Notes: a model not told the origin generated them from the sequence alone. Positions 1 through 9,340 are shown, counted from the first letter of the stretch. The stretch is 31,549 nt of DNA from Clostridia bacterium (GCA_017407375.1 JAFQWT010000095.1:1-31549); one strand, 5' to 3'. Numbers and translations are program-made.

Positions 1-8
1 AAAAGCAA

Positions 9-40
9 AGAAAAAATCCCCCCTGTGGGGGATTTTTTCT
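9..40. terminator. Intrinsic terminator, likely bidirectional, downstream of the oxidoreductase
   Basis: Perfect 14-bp inverted repeat AGAAAAAATCCCCC-ctgt-GGGGGATTTTTTCT directly after the stop at 41-43. Confidence 0.85.
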
Positions 41-1021
41 TCAACCTTGAAAAGCAAGCTCCCGCAAAAGGAACTCAAGCGAGGAAACGCCGTCCGCCAG
101 GGTCGCACACGCGATCGGCTCGCCCGCCTTGGCGCGCTCCGTGAAGTAAAGAAGCTCGTTGTAATAGCCGCCAAGGTCCGAGATATTGTCGCCCTTGTAG
201 CCGCCCGCCAGCTCCTTTTTCTCGATCGCGATCGGGTGGGCGCCGTCCGCATCGTACCGAAGGAAGCCCGCGCCCGCGTTCTCAATGACGCCGCGCTCAA
301 ACACCACGCGGAAGGCCGCCTCAAAGGGACGGGCGGCGGGGAGATCCCACGTGCCCTCCACGCTGACGGCAAAGTCCTCATACTGCAAGAGGGTATGGAC
401 GTAGGAATTCTTCTCGCCGAGAGTGTTCTTCACCGAGAAGAAGCGGCGCGGCTCACCAAAGAGCGAAAGGACGTAATCGACGTCATGGATATGGAGATCC
501 TGCGCGGCACCGCCCGAGCGCGCGGTGTCCAGAAGCCATTCCTCCCAGCCCCAGGTGGGGCGGGGGCTGAGGCGGCGGAAGGAGGCGTTGACCACACGGC
601 CGAGCGTCCCCTCACGGACGATCTTGCCGAGCTCCACGTACTCGTCCCAGAAGCGAATGACCTGGCCGACCTGCACGTGGGCGCCCGTCCTTTGGCTCTT
701 TTCGAGAAGGGCGTGGCCCTCCTCCGCCGTGAGTGCCACGGGCTTTTCGATAAAGACGTACTTCACCCGATCCATCGCAAGGAGCGCATACTCGGTGTGG
801 AGGTAGGTCGGCAGGCAGACGTCGATGACATCCACCTCCGCCGTGGCGATGAGGTCACGGCCGTCCGCATAGATCGCGGCGTCGGTGCCTTCGGCCACCG
901 CCTCCGCCTTATCACGGCGAAGGTCTGCGACGGCGGCGAGGGTGACGCCTTCCATGTTCTTATAGCAGTCGGCGTGCATCGTCCCCATAAAGCCGCAGCC
1001 GATCAATCCGATTTTCAACAT
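41..1021 (-). CDS. Gfo/Idh/MocA family NAD(P)-dependent oxidoreductase
   Basis: Rossmann motif IGLIGCGFMG, VFIEKP motif, DLHIHDVD motif; 326 aa; 5 bp from the upstream gene. Confidence 0.92.
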   Translation of the reverse strand: MLKIGLIGCGFMGTMHADCYKNMEGVTLAAVADLRRDKAEAVAEGTDAAIYADGRDLIATAEVDVIDVCLPTYLHTEYALLAMDRVKYVFIEKPVALTAEEGHALLEKSQRTGAHVQVGQVIRFWDEYVELGKIVREGTLGRVVNASFRRLSPRPTWGWEEWLLDTARSGGAAQDLHIHDVDYVLSLFGEPRRFFSVKNTLGEKNSYVHTLLQYEDFAVSVEGTWDLPAARPFEAAFRVVFERGVIENAGAGFLRYDADGAHPIAIEKKELAGGYKGDNISDLGGYYNELLYFTERAKAGEPIACATLADGVSSLEFLLRELAFQG

Positions 1022-1026
1022 ACTCT

Positions 1027-1863
1027 TTACCTTCTTCCTAAAATTCTGTCCATAGCGTAGGACGTGTTGTAGAGGATCGCCGAGGTGTGGTGGCGGTAGG
1101 CGGGGATCATCTCGGCCGTGACCCAGCCGTCATAGCCCACGTCACAAAGGGCGCGCATCACGGCGGGGTAATCGACGTCCCCCGCAAGAAGGTCGACAAA
1201 GCCGTCAAGGCCGCCGACGGCAGTGCGATAGTCCTTGAAGTGGACCTTTTTGATGCGCTCGCCAAGAATGCGGATCCACTGGTCGGGATAGCCGTTCGCG
1301 AGAATATTGCCAACGTCAAGGTAACTGCCGACGAAGGGGCTGCCCACGCGGTCAATGAAGTCGCGCAGCTCGAGGGGCGAGGTCAAGAACTTATTCCAAA
1401 CGTTTTCAAGGCCGATCGAAACGCCCACGCCCTCGGCATAGGGGGCAAGCTCCCGCATCGCCTCCAGGGCGCGGTCATACGCCGCGGCGTAATCCACGAT
1501 CCTCTCGGGATCCGAAAAGGCGTTCACGCAGCCGGGGAGAACGAGGATCGTATCGGCGCCGAGGGCGGCGGCCGTATCCAGCTGGCGCTTCACAATGTCC
1601 TTGGCCTTCTCCCTCTCGGCGGCGTCATCGGCGGTCAGCCAATGCTGCCAGTAAAGGCCCGAGGCCACGCTGTAAAGCGCAATGCCCGCGTCGGCGGCGG
1701 TGCGGCGGACGGCCAGAAGCTCCCCCTCGGTCGAGGTGAGCGAGACCTCCCCCGTCTCATCGAGGGCGACCTCCACCCCCTCAAAGCCCGCGTCCTTGGC
1801 CAGCGCAAACGCCGAGGCCAGCGGGGCGGGAGCAAAGGACCAGATGCTGATACCCTTTTTCAT
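1027..1863 (-). CDS. Sugar phosphate isomerase/epimerase (xylose-isomerase-like TIM barrel)
   Basis: Metal-ligand motifs LENVWN, YLDVGN, VHFKD, TAEM. ATG at 1863 chosen over TTG at 1869 because AAGGAG (1870-1875) lies 6 nt upstream. Confidence 0.9.
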   Translation of the reverse strand: MKKGISIWSFAPAPLASAFALAKDAGFEGVEVALDETGEVSLTSTEGELLAVRRTAADAGIALYSVASGLYWQHWLTADDAAEREKAKDIVKRQLDTAAALGADTILVLPGCVNAFSDPERIVDYAAAYDRALEAMRELAPYAEGVGVSIGLENVWNKFLTSPLELRDFIDRVGSPFVGSYLDVGNILANGYPDQWIRILGERIKKVHFKDYRTAVGGLDGFVDLLAGDVDYPAVMRALCDVGYDGWVTAEMIPAYRHHTSAILYNTSYAMDRILGRR

Positions 1864-1873
1864 AGTCAACTCC

Positions 1874-1903
1874 TTGATTTTTTCTTTGGCGGTGTGCTAT
1901 AAT
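1874..1903 (+). promoter_or_regulatory. Sigma70/A-type promoter for the AraC gene
   Basis: TTGATT (1874-1879), 18-nt spacer, extended -10 TGcTATAAT (1895-1903). Confidence 0.55.
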
Positions 1904-1992
1904 AATGATACCGCATCCGTCGCGCCGGCGACAGATATTTTTTTGCCCTATCCGTTCACTTTTTTCCACAAGAAAAATGAGGAAGCACGAAT

Positions 1993-2871
1993 ATGAAAGC
2001 TACCTACATCAAAACATCACCGACGGGCGTTTTCAACGTCTCCCGCATTGTCACGGTGCATTATTACGAGTTTGACAAGAGCTTTACCTTTGCGGGCGAG
2101 AGCCACGATTTCTGGGAGATGGTGTACGTTGACCGCGGGCAGGTCATGGTCAGCCGTGACGGCGAGGAGCTTCTTCTCTCGCAGGGGGAGCTGGTCTTTC
2201 ACAAGCCCCACGAGTTCCACGCGATCCGCGCCCACGGCTCGGCACCCAACTTTTTTGTCATCTCCTTTGTCTGCACCTCGGCGGCGATGCAGTCGTTTGA
2301 GCGCTACCGCACGCGCCTTGACACCGGTATGACGCCCCTCATCTCGGGCATGATGCGGGAGGCGGAGGGGGCGTACGTCCTGCCCCGCAACGATCCCACG
2401 CTGCGCCGCCTTGTCCGCCGCGAGAGCGCGCCCGTGGGCGCTGAGCAGCTGGTGAAGCTCTACCTTGAGGAATTCCTGATCCTGCTTCTCCGTTCGGCGG
2501 CCGAGGGGGCGCGCCCCGCCGTGTTTCCCTCCAAGGAAAGCATGGAAAACCACCTCGTGACCGAGGTGCGGCGCACAATCGCCGAGCGGGCGGAGGCCCC
2601 CCTCTCGATCGGGGAGCTGTGCGCGCGCCTTGGGTACAGCAAAAGCTACCTCTGCCGCCTTTTCCGCGAGCAAACGGGTGACACGATCGCCGCGACCGCC
2701 ACCCGGGAGCGCATTGCCGCAGCGCGGCGCCTCATTCGCGAGGGCACCATGAATTTTTCCGAGATCTCCGACCGCCTCGGCTTTGACAATCCGCAGTACT
2801 TCTCGCGCGTTTTTCGCCGTGTGACGGGCATGACCCCCTCCGAGTTCCGCGCCTCGCTGAAGTCGCGATGA
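1993..2871 (+). CDS. AraC family transcriptional regulator (cupin sensor + HTH)
   Basis: N-terminal ESHDFWEMVYVDRG cupin motif; C-terminal GFDNPQYFSRVFRRVTGMTPSEFR AraC signature; divergent from the isomerase/oxidoreductase pair. Confidence 0.95.
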   Translation: MKATYIKTSPTGVFNVSRIVTVHYYEFDKSFTFAGESHDFWEMVYVDRGQVMVSRDGEELLLSQGELVFHKPHEFHAIRAHGSAPNFFVISFVCTSAAMQSFERYRTRLDTGMTPLISGMMREAEGAYVLPRNDPTLRRLVRRESAPVGAEQLVKLYLEEFLILLLRSAAEGARPAVFPSKESMENHLVTEVRRTIAERAEAPLSIGELCARLGYSKSYLCRLFREQTGDTIAATATRERIAAARRLIREGTMNFSEISDRLGFDNPQYFSRVFRRVTGMTPSEFRASLKSR

Positions 2872-2879
2872 CGGAAAGT

Positions 2880-2917
2880 GAAAAAAATACCGAGGCCGTA
2901 CGGCCTCGGTTTTTTTT
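2880..2917. terminator. Bidirectional intrinsic terminator between convergent AraC and GH39 genes
   Basis: A-tract, ACCGAGGCCG-ta-CGGCCTCGGT, T7. Confidence 0.88.
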
Positions 2918-4265
2918 ATTCCTTAACGATCTTCAAAAGGGCGGTGGTGTAGAGGGGCATGCGGAGGGTGACGGTGTGGCTCTCTCCCGTGACGGGCTCA
3001 CCAAAGCAGAGGTCGGCATTGTACTTATCGTCCAGGCGGTAGACCTCCAGGCGGCGGCCGGCGGCCGTGCCGCAAAGCTCCACCGTTACCGTCTTTTCGG
3101 GCATCGTATCGTCGTCACTGTAGTAGGTCAGCATCACGGCCTGCTCGTCCCCCGCGGCGGCGGCGGCGTACACGTCCTCATCGTCACTTTCTACGGCCAC
3201 GGCGGTCTTTTGCCGATAGAGCTGGTTGAACATATAGAAGGGGTAGTAGCCCTTCAGCTTATCCGAGACCATATCGGTCGAGAACAGGCAGTTCCAGGCG
3301 CTCGGACGGGCGTCGTAATACATCAGCATATCGACGGGCTCATACTGGCTCATCAGCATCGTGGCGGCCACAAAGGCGGCGCCCTTCAGTGATTTGATGG
3401 TGCGGAGCGACTCGACAAAGGCGTCGCCGTCCCAGCCCTTGACGTAATTCCACTCGTTGAGGATGCTCTCAACGCCCGTGTGGCCCCAGCGGTCAAGGAA
3501 GTCCTTGGCCAGGTGGATGGCCTTTTTCATTTTCGGGATATCGGCGCCGTAGCAATGCCAGGAGAAGAAGTCGGGGCGAAGGTCGCCAAGGGCCTTGAAG
3601 TACCCGTCCACCCACGCGCCGCGATGGAAGAGCGTGTTGACGGCGGGACCGCCGATCTTCAGGTGCGGGAACTTCTCCTTGAGGTGGGTATAAGCCACGC
3701 GGAAGAACTCGTAAAACTCGGCCGCGGTGCCGCCCCAGGAGCATTTCTTGATGGGCTCGGCATCGTCCTCCTCGGAGCTGGCCTCGTTCCAGATCTCCCA
3801 GTATTCGATGCCCATATGCATACCGTCGGCCCAGCCCTCGTTGTAGTGCCTTATGATATGCTCACAGATGACCGCCCACTTTTTGAAATCCTTCGGGGGC
3901 AGGGTGTTGTACTTTTTGACCTCATGCTCGATGCGCGTGCCCAGGCGGTAAAAGGGCTTGAGCCCTGCCGCCTCGTGCACCTTCATATAGTAGTCGGTGC
4001 AGGCAAAGTCGTAGGACGCAGGGTCGGTCGGGTCGGCATCCCAATTGGTGAAGATGAAGTTGACGTCCACCGTGTGGTTGCCGCCGTAGTTCGCGTTGAA
4101 GGAGGCATCGTGATTTCTTGCGTAGGGGATGCCCGCCTCTATGAAGGCGTCAAGGTTTGAGATGCGCTGATGCGCCCCAAACTTGTGGATCGGGCCGTTA
4201 TTGACGGCGTGCATCGGCTTCATAGGGCCGACGGGCTTTTGAAGATCAACGGTAATCTTGCTCAT
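2916..4265 (-). CDS. GH39-like (clan GH-A) glycoside hydrolase
   Basis: YWEIWNEA acid/base motif, KIGGPA, DFFSWHCY, ILNEWN nucleophile motif. Start moved to ATG 4265 (MSKITVDL) behind an AAGGAG RBS. Confidence 0.82.
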   Translation of the reverse strand: MSKITVDLQKPVGPMKPMHAVNNGPIHKFGAHQRISNLDAFIEAGIPYARNHDASFNANYGGNHTVDVNFIFTNWDADPTDPASYDFACTDYYMKVHEAAGLKPFYRLGTRIEHEVKKYNTLPPKDFKKWAVICEHIIRHYNEGWADGMHMGIEYWEIWNEASSEEDDAEPIKKCSWGGTAAEFYEFFRVAYTHLKEKFPHLKIGGPAVNTLFHRGAWVDGYFKALGDLRPDFFSWHCYGADIPKMKKAIHLAKDFLDRWGHTGVESILNEWNYVKGWDGDAFVESLRTIKSLKGAAFVAATMLMSQYEPVDMLMYYDARPSAWNCLFSTDMVSDKLKGYYPFYMFNQLYRQKTAVAVESDDEDVYAAAAAGDEQAVMLTYYSDDDTMPEKTVTVELCGTAAGRRLEVYRLDDKYNADLCFGEPVTGESHTVTLRMPLYTTALLKIVKE

Positions 4266-4293
4266 AGCGTACTCCTTTTTGGTGGTTACCTTG

Positions 4294-4322
4294 ATAGTAG
4301 CATACCTCCCGCGGGAATGCAA
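4294..4322 (-). promoter_or_regulatory. Promoter of the GH39-like gene
   Basis: TTGCAT-N17-TACTAT with an extended -10 TG. Confidence 0.6.
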
Positions 4323-4355
4323 GGGGTGCGGGGATTTTTTCTTATAGAAAATACA

Positions 4356-4383
4356 AAGGGGCATTGCCTTGGCAATGCCCCTT
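4356..4383 (-). terminator. Hairpin/terminator after the SGNH gene
   Basis: Perfect 13-bp IR AAGGGGCATTGCC-tt-GGCAATGCCCCTT followed by T-rich sequence on the minus strand. Confidence 0.7.
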
Positions 4384-4387
4384 GGCG

Positions 4388-5397
4388 TCAGCCCTCGAGG
4401 ATCTTACGGAGGATCGGCTCGTAGCCCTTGGCCATCAGATAGTGGCCAAGGTCGTTCGGGTGGCAGGTGTCGGTGGTGCAGAGGTAGCGCTCCTCGGTGC
4501 CGAAGAAGGTCTCACCGTCAATGAAGTAGACGTTCTTGTCGCCCGCGGCCACGGCCCTCTCGTAGGTGGCGCGGATGACCTCGCGGCGCTCCTTCGCCTG
4601 TGGCTTATGCTCAAAGTTCGGGAGCGAGGTGAGGATAATGGGGGTATCGGGCTTTCTCTCGCGGATGCAGCGGAAGAAGGGCTCGTGGGTCTTTTGGAGG
4701 TACTCGACGTCGGGCGCGTTATGGTCGTAGTCGATGATGTAGGCGCTCATATCGAGGTGGTGGTGTACTCGGCAATGTCTAACTGCCCCTTGGCGCTGCC
4801 CGAAAAGCCGAAGTTGTAGTAATCAACGCTAAGGCGCTGGGAAAGGAGCGCCGTGTAAGCGCTGAAGGGGTGGCAGGCGTGGGCGCCCTCGGTGATCGAG
4901 GAGCCGTAAAAGACGAGCGGGCGGGAGTGCTTCGGGGGGGTGGGCGCCTCGATCGCGGCACCGTCCTCGATCTCGATCCAGACGTTCTCAATGAGCTCGG
5001 CCATCGGGAGGTAGAGCGTGACGTCCTCCATGCGCGAGGACTTGCTCACCACGCCCTCAAAGCTCTTATTCTCATACTTCGCGGGATAGACGAGGCCCGC
5101 ATAGCGCAGGTTCGGGTAGTTACCGACCAGGACGTTGACCGACTGGCAGGCAAAGATCGCCATGCCAATATCGGGCGCGAGGGTCGAAAGCTCCACGCCG
5201 ATCCTGAGGGTTGCGGAGTCCGTGCGGAAGGCAAGGCGCCCGCCCGCACAGCGAAGTCCCACGCGCGGCCAGGCACCAAGGACGCCGCAGTAGCGGTTGG
5301 CGATCTCCTCGGGGAGGCGGCGCAGGACGCGCTTTTCCTCAAAGTGAGGAACGCCGAGGACACGGATGGGGGCATCGAGGAAGGTATAACGCTTCAT
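4388..5397 (-). pseudogene. SGNH/GDSL hydrolase family protein split by a single-base frameshift near 4757 (true lesion or sequencing error)
   Basis: The first ORF carries FYGSSITEG (block I) and NFGFSGSAKG. The second ORF continues MSAYIIDYDHNAP...DTCHPND (catalytic D-x-x-H). Adding one base in ...TACACCACCACCTCGATATG restores ...YTTTLDMSAY. Start ATG 5397 has an RBS. Confidence 0.8.
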
Positions 5398-5438
5398 ACT
5401 GTTTTTTCCTTTATCTAAGATTTTGTTACCGCCGCCCC

Positions 5439-5467
5439 TTGCAATTTCCCGTGGACGGTGGTACAAT
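5439..5467 (+). promoter_or_regulatory. Promoter of the YwlG-like gene
   Basis: TTGCAA-N17-TACAAT with an extended -10 TG. Confidence 0.65.
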
Positions 5468-5495
5468 GAAACCAATAAAAACCGAGGTGAACGCT

Positions 5496-6047
5496 ATGAA
5501 AAACCAAACCGATCTTACCGCCGCGTGCTACGCCGCCGCCTGCGAGCTCTGCCGTGTGGCAGGGCTCCGCCGTGGCGATATTCTGGTGGTGGGCTGCTCA
5601 ACGAGCGAGGTCGTCGGTGAGACGATCGGCAAGGGCTCCGACCCGACGGCGGCCGAGGCGATCCTTTCGGGCCTTGTCCGCGCGGCCGAGGAGCACGGCG
5701 TTTTTCTTGCCGTGCAGTGCTGTGAGCACCTCAACCGTGCGCTGGTGGTCGAGCGGGCCGCCGTACCGATGGCCGAGCCCGTGAACGCCGTCCCCCAGCC
5801 GAAGGCGGGCGGCAGTCTTGCCGCGGCGGCCTACGCGCGCTTTTCCGACCCCGTGGTCATTGAAACGATCCGCGCCCACGCGGGGCTTGACATTGGGGAT
5901 ACGCTGATCGGCATGCACCTTAAGCGGGTGGCCGTGCCCGTGCGGCTTTCCGTCCGCGCGATCGGGCAGGCGCACCTCACCGCCGCCAGAACGCGCCCGC
6001 CCTTCATCGGGGGGTGCCGCGCCGTGTACGACGAGGAGCTTCTTTAA
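5496..6047 (+). CDS. ywlG: TIGR01440 / UPF0340 (YwlG-like) protein
   Basis: [38 protein letters not shown] and TRPPFIGG motifs typical of the family; GAGGTGA RBS before ATG 5496; 183 aa. Confidence 0.88.
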   Translation: MKNQTDLTAACYAAACELCRVAGLRRGDILVVGCSTSEVVGETIGKGSDPTAAEAILSGLVRAAEEHGVFLAVQCCEHLNRALVVERAAVPMAEPVNAVPQPKAGGSLAAAAYARFSDPVVIETIRAHAGLDIGDTLIGMHLKRVAVPVRLSVRAIGQAHLTAARTRPPFIGGCRAVYDEELL

Positions 6048-6054
6048 TATCGGC

Positions 6055-6085
6055 AAGGGGCCGTGCCACAGCACGGTCCTTTTTT
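6055..6085. terminator. Bidirectional terminator between convergent genes
   Basis: AAGGGGCCGTGC-caca-GCACGGTCCTTT followed by a T-run. Confidence 0.75.
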
Positions 6086-6911
6086 ATTCCGCCGTCCTTT
6101 TGCGGTATTCCCGCGGAGAAAGGCCCGTGTGCTTTTTGAAAAAGCGGCTGAAATAGAGGGTATCCTCCATGCCGCAAAGGGCGGCCACCTCCCCCACCGT
6201 GTGGTCGGTGGTCGAGAGCAGGTGGCGGCTCCGCTCGATCAAAAGGTCGGCGTAATAGCGCTGGGGGGTGGTCCCCGTCACGCTTTTGAAGAGCTTCAGG
6301 AATTGCTGCTCGGAAAGTCCCGTAAGGAGCGCCAGCTCCCGATTTTGCCGCCGCACCTCACACTCCGAGCGCATCAAGCGCAGGACGGGGGCCATGCGGT
6401 CATGCGCGCGGGCGAGGTCCTCGTCCACCGTCACGCGCTCGGAAAGGCGGGCGCAAAGCGCGATCAGCTCGCCCTCATAGAGGAGCTGGCGGTAGGTGTC
6501 GTCGGCACGGAAGTGCTCGCGGCTCCTGTCGCAATAGCGCTCAAACTCGTAAAAATCCCCAACGGTATAGACCCGCTCGGTGAAAAAGGCGACAAGGCGC
6601 GCGGCCTCGGTCCCCGTGAAATGGATAAAGGAAAAGGAAAGGGGGGACTCACCAAGGCGGTAGAACTGCGGCTCATGCGGGCGGAAAAGGCAGATCCTGC
6701 CCGCGCCCACGGCCATTTCCTCTTTCCCGTCAAAAACGGTGAGCAGGCCGCTCCGCACGTAGATGAGCTGGTAGTCAACGCGCCCGCGGGGGCGGCGGAT
6801 GTCGCAGTGCTTGAGGTCCTCATAGCTCCTAAAGCTGTTGATCGCCAGGTAGCGGTCGCTGTACACCTCCGAGCTGCCCTGGCCGTGCGGGAAATAGGTA
6901 AACACACGCAT
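6084..6911 (-). CDS. AraC family transcriptional regulator
   Basis: RPRGRVDYQLIYVRSG sensor domain; C-terminal GMEDTLYFSRFFKKHTGLSPREYR. Start is ATG 6911 or GTG 6914. Confidence 0.93.
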   Translation of the reverse strand: MRVFTYFPHGQGSSEVYSDRYLAINSFRSYEDLKHCDIRRPRGRVDYQLIYVRSGLLTVFDGKEEMAVGAGRICLFRPHEPQFYRLGESPLSFSFIHFTGTEAARLVAFFTERVYTVGDFYEFERYCDRSREHFRADDTYRQLLYEGELIALCARLSERVTVDEDLARAHDRMAPVLRLMRSECEVRRQNRELALLTGLSEQQFLKLFKSVTGTTPQRYYADLLIERSRHLLSTTDHTVGEVAALCGMEDTLYFSRFFKKHTGLSPREYRKRTAE

Positions 6912-6940
6912 CACCTGCCCTTTTTCTTATCCTTGCCCTT

Positions 6941-7018
6941 ATTATAGCACGAAAAAGAGTTTTGTCCATATTTTTCAGTGTGAAAAATATGGACAAAACT
7001 CGCCCGCCACCCTATAAT
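6941..7018. promoter_or_regulatory. Back-to-back divergent promoters embedded in a perfect 21-bp inverted repeat
   Basis: IR 6957-6977 / 6981-7001 (loop gtg). Each arm supplies TGGACA: minus strand N16 to TATAAT (6946-6941, with TG), plus strand N17 to TATAAT (7013-7018). Confidence 0.7.
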
Positions 7019-7072
7019 TGGGGGGGAAGGCCCGAGATCTCTTTCATAATTCCATAACAAGGAGACCTTATC

Positions 7073-8932
7073 GTGAAACCATCGCTTCTTTCCTTTGATG
7101 CCGACGGCTTTTATCTTAACGGCGAGCCCTTCCGCATTTTGGCGGGGGAGATCCATTATTTTCGCAGCATGCCCTCCGACTGGGAGCGCCGCCTTCTCTC
7201 GGCCCGCGACTTCGGTCTTAACACCATCGTGACCTACGTGCCGTGGAATTCCCACGAGCCGAGCGAGGGGCACTTCTGCTTTGAAAACGAGCTGGACCTG
7301 GCCGCCTTCCTTACGCTTTGCAAACGCCTTGGCCTTTACGTGCTGCTCCGCCCCTCTCCTTACATCTGCTCCGAGTGGGAGCTTGGAGGGCTTCCCGCGC
7401 GGCTGCTTGCCGACAGGAGCATGACTCTCCGCTCCTCCGACCCCGCCTACCTTTCCGCCGTCCGCCGCTATTACGACCGCCTGGTGCCCGAATTCCTCCC
7501 CTACCTTTCGACAAGGGGCGGACCGATCCTTGCGGTGGCGGTCGAGAACGAATACGGAAGCTACGCCTGCGATGACGAGTATCTTTGCGCCTTAGCCGCT
7601 ATGCTCCGTGAGCGCGGCGTGGACGTCCCCCTCTATACCACCGACGGGCAGGCGCCCCAAATGCTGACCTTCGGGCGCGAAAAAACGGGTGGCTTTGTCG
7701 GCGTCAATTACCGTGGGACGCAGGGCGCAGGGTCTTCGGCGCTGGCCGCCGTCCGTGCCTACGCCAAGGACAGCCCCCTCTTTGTCGGAGAATTCTGGGC
7801 GGGGCGCTCCATGCACTGGGGAGAGCCCTACACTCCTCGCGACGCTTCCGACACGGCCGAGGCCTTCCGTGAGGCGCTGGCGATGGGAGCGAGCGGTTCC
7901 TTTTATATGTTCTCGGGCGGCACCAACTTCGGCTTTATGGGCGGTGCCAATTTCGGCAGATCCTACAGTCCGCGCGAGGGCACACCCGACCGCTATATTC
8001 CTATGGCGACCTCCTACGATGTCGATGCCCTCCTTGACGAGGCGGGCTATCCCACCGAAAAATACTTTCTCTGCCGTGACGTCCTTGACGACTTCCTCGG
8101 TAAGCCACGGCGGCCGCACACCGCGCCCGAGCACAAAACGCAGGCGCTCACCGTGCCTCTCACCGAGTGCGCCGAGCTGTTTTCTAGTCTCGATGCCCTC
8201 ACCACCCACCGTGAGAGAACGCACCGCCCCCGTCCTATGGAGGATTTTGGCGAAAGCTACGGCCTGATCCTTTACACGACCACTCTCCCCGCCTTTACCG
8301 AGGGGGCCTATAACCTTGAGCCCCACCGCTACCGCGACCGCGTGACCCTGTTTGCCGACGGCGAGTATTTCGCCACCTTTCTCCGCGACCGCGGCCTGAC
8401 GCGGCGGGCGGCGGGGGTCGGCCTCTTCCGCGGTGGCCCCGCCCTTGTCCCCACGGGGAAGGAGCGGCGCATCGATGCGCTGTGCGAGAACCTGGGGCGC
8501 ATCAACCACGGCCGCCTCATTCCCGAGGAAAGGAAGGGTATGGAGGAGGCGCTCACGTACGTGGATTCCATGCTATTCGGATACGAGACGCGCACCCTGC
8601 CGCTTGACGACCTTACGGGCCTTACCCTTGCGGAGGGACTTCCGCGCCCCGATATCCCCTGCTTTCTCCGCGCCCGCTTTGATGCCGAGGCGGGGGTCGA
8701 CACCTACGTGCTGACCGAGGGGCTTGGCCACGGCTACCTTTTTGTGAACGGCAAAAACCTCGGGCGCTATGACGAGGCGGGGCCCCAAAAAACGCTTTAT
8801 CTCCCGGGAGCGCTCCTGCGGGAAAGGGACAACGAGCTTATCGTTCTCGACCTGGCTCCCCGCGGCGGTGGCGTTACGCTCTCTCTCCTTGACCACGCCG
8901 TCCTTACGGGCGAGGGACAAGCACTCACGTAA
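7073..8932 (+). CDS. GH35 beta-galactosidase (copy 1)
   Basis: GEIHYFR, LRPSPYICSEWELGGLP, VENEYGSY (acid/base), VGEFWAG (nucleophile), YMFSGGTNFG; GTG start with AAGGAG RBS. Confidence 0.93.
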   Translation: MKPSLLSFDADGFYLNGEPFRILAGEIHYFRSMPSDWERRLLSARDFGLNTIVTYVPWNSHEPSEGHFCFENELDLAAFLTLCKRLGLYVLLRPSPYICSEWELGGLPARLLADRSMTLRSSDPAYLSAVRRYYDRLVPEFLPYLSTRGGPILAVAVENEYGSYACDDEYLCALAAMLRERGVDVPLYTTDGQAPQMLTFGREKTGGFVGVNYRGTQGAGSSALAAVRAYAKDSPLFVGEFWAGRSMHWGEPYTPRDASDTAEAFREALAMGASGSFYMFSGGTNFGFMGGANFGRSYSPREGTPDRYIPMATSYDVDALLDEAGYPTEKYFLCRDVLDDFLGKPRRPHTAPEHKTQALTVPLTECAELFSSLDALTTHRERTHRPRPMEDFGESYGLILYTTTLPAFTEGAYNLEPHRYRDRVTLFADGEYFATFLRDRGLTRRAAGVGLFRGGPALVPTGKERRIDALCENLGRINHGRLIPEERKGMEEALTYVDSMLFGYETRTLPLDDLTGLTLAEGLPRPDIPCFLRARFDAEAGVDTYVLTEGLGHGYLFVNGKNLGRYDEAGPQKTLYLPGALLRERDNELIVLDLAPRGGGVTLSLLDHAVLTGEGQALT

Positions 8933-8970
8933 AAGGGCCGCGTGCGGCACGGGCGCTTCTCTCCTTCGCC

Positions 8971-9222
8971 CAACGCGTTTTTCACCGAAGGAGGATCGTT
9001 TGTCAGGATACCGTCGATGCCCATGGCGCGGTAGCGCTTGGCCTCCTCAGCATAATAGGCAAAGAAAACGTTACATTTGATGCCGTTTTCGTGCGCGCGT
9101 TTGACGGTTTTTTCGGTGAAGTGGGGCTTGAACAGCGGAATTCGGTCCACCCCGAGGGCAAGGGCCCTGTCCACCATGGACAAAAGCTCGGAAAAGCAGA
9201 CGTCAAGCTCCTCGGCGTTCAT
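8971..9222 (-). pseudogene. C-terminal remnant of a glycerophosphodiester phosphodiesterase (GDPD) family gene
   Basis: Translation ...KRAHENGIKCNVFF...YRAMGIDGILTNDP matches the GDPD C-terminal pattern. The catalytic N-terminal part is absent, and the frame runs on into the GH35 3' end without a timely stop. Confidence 0.65.
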
Positions 9223-9303
9223 CGAATAGCGCGGAGGACCGCCCTTTTGAAGCCGATTTTCCCGAATCTTCGTCCGAATTTCTCTTTCCATTCCGCAAAA
9301 GTA

Positions 9304-9312
9304 TGCTATAAT
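9304..9312 (+). promoter_or_regulatory. Extended -10 promoter for the DUF4091 / GH35 pair
   Basis: TGCTATAAT 28 nt upstream of ATG 9341; no good -35. Confidence 0.5.
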
Positions 9313-9340
9313 GAAGAAAAAGCGCGAAAGGAGCTCCCGT

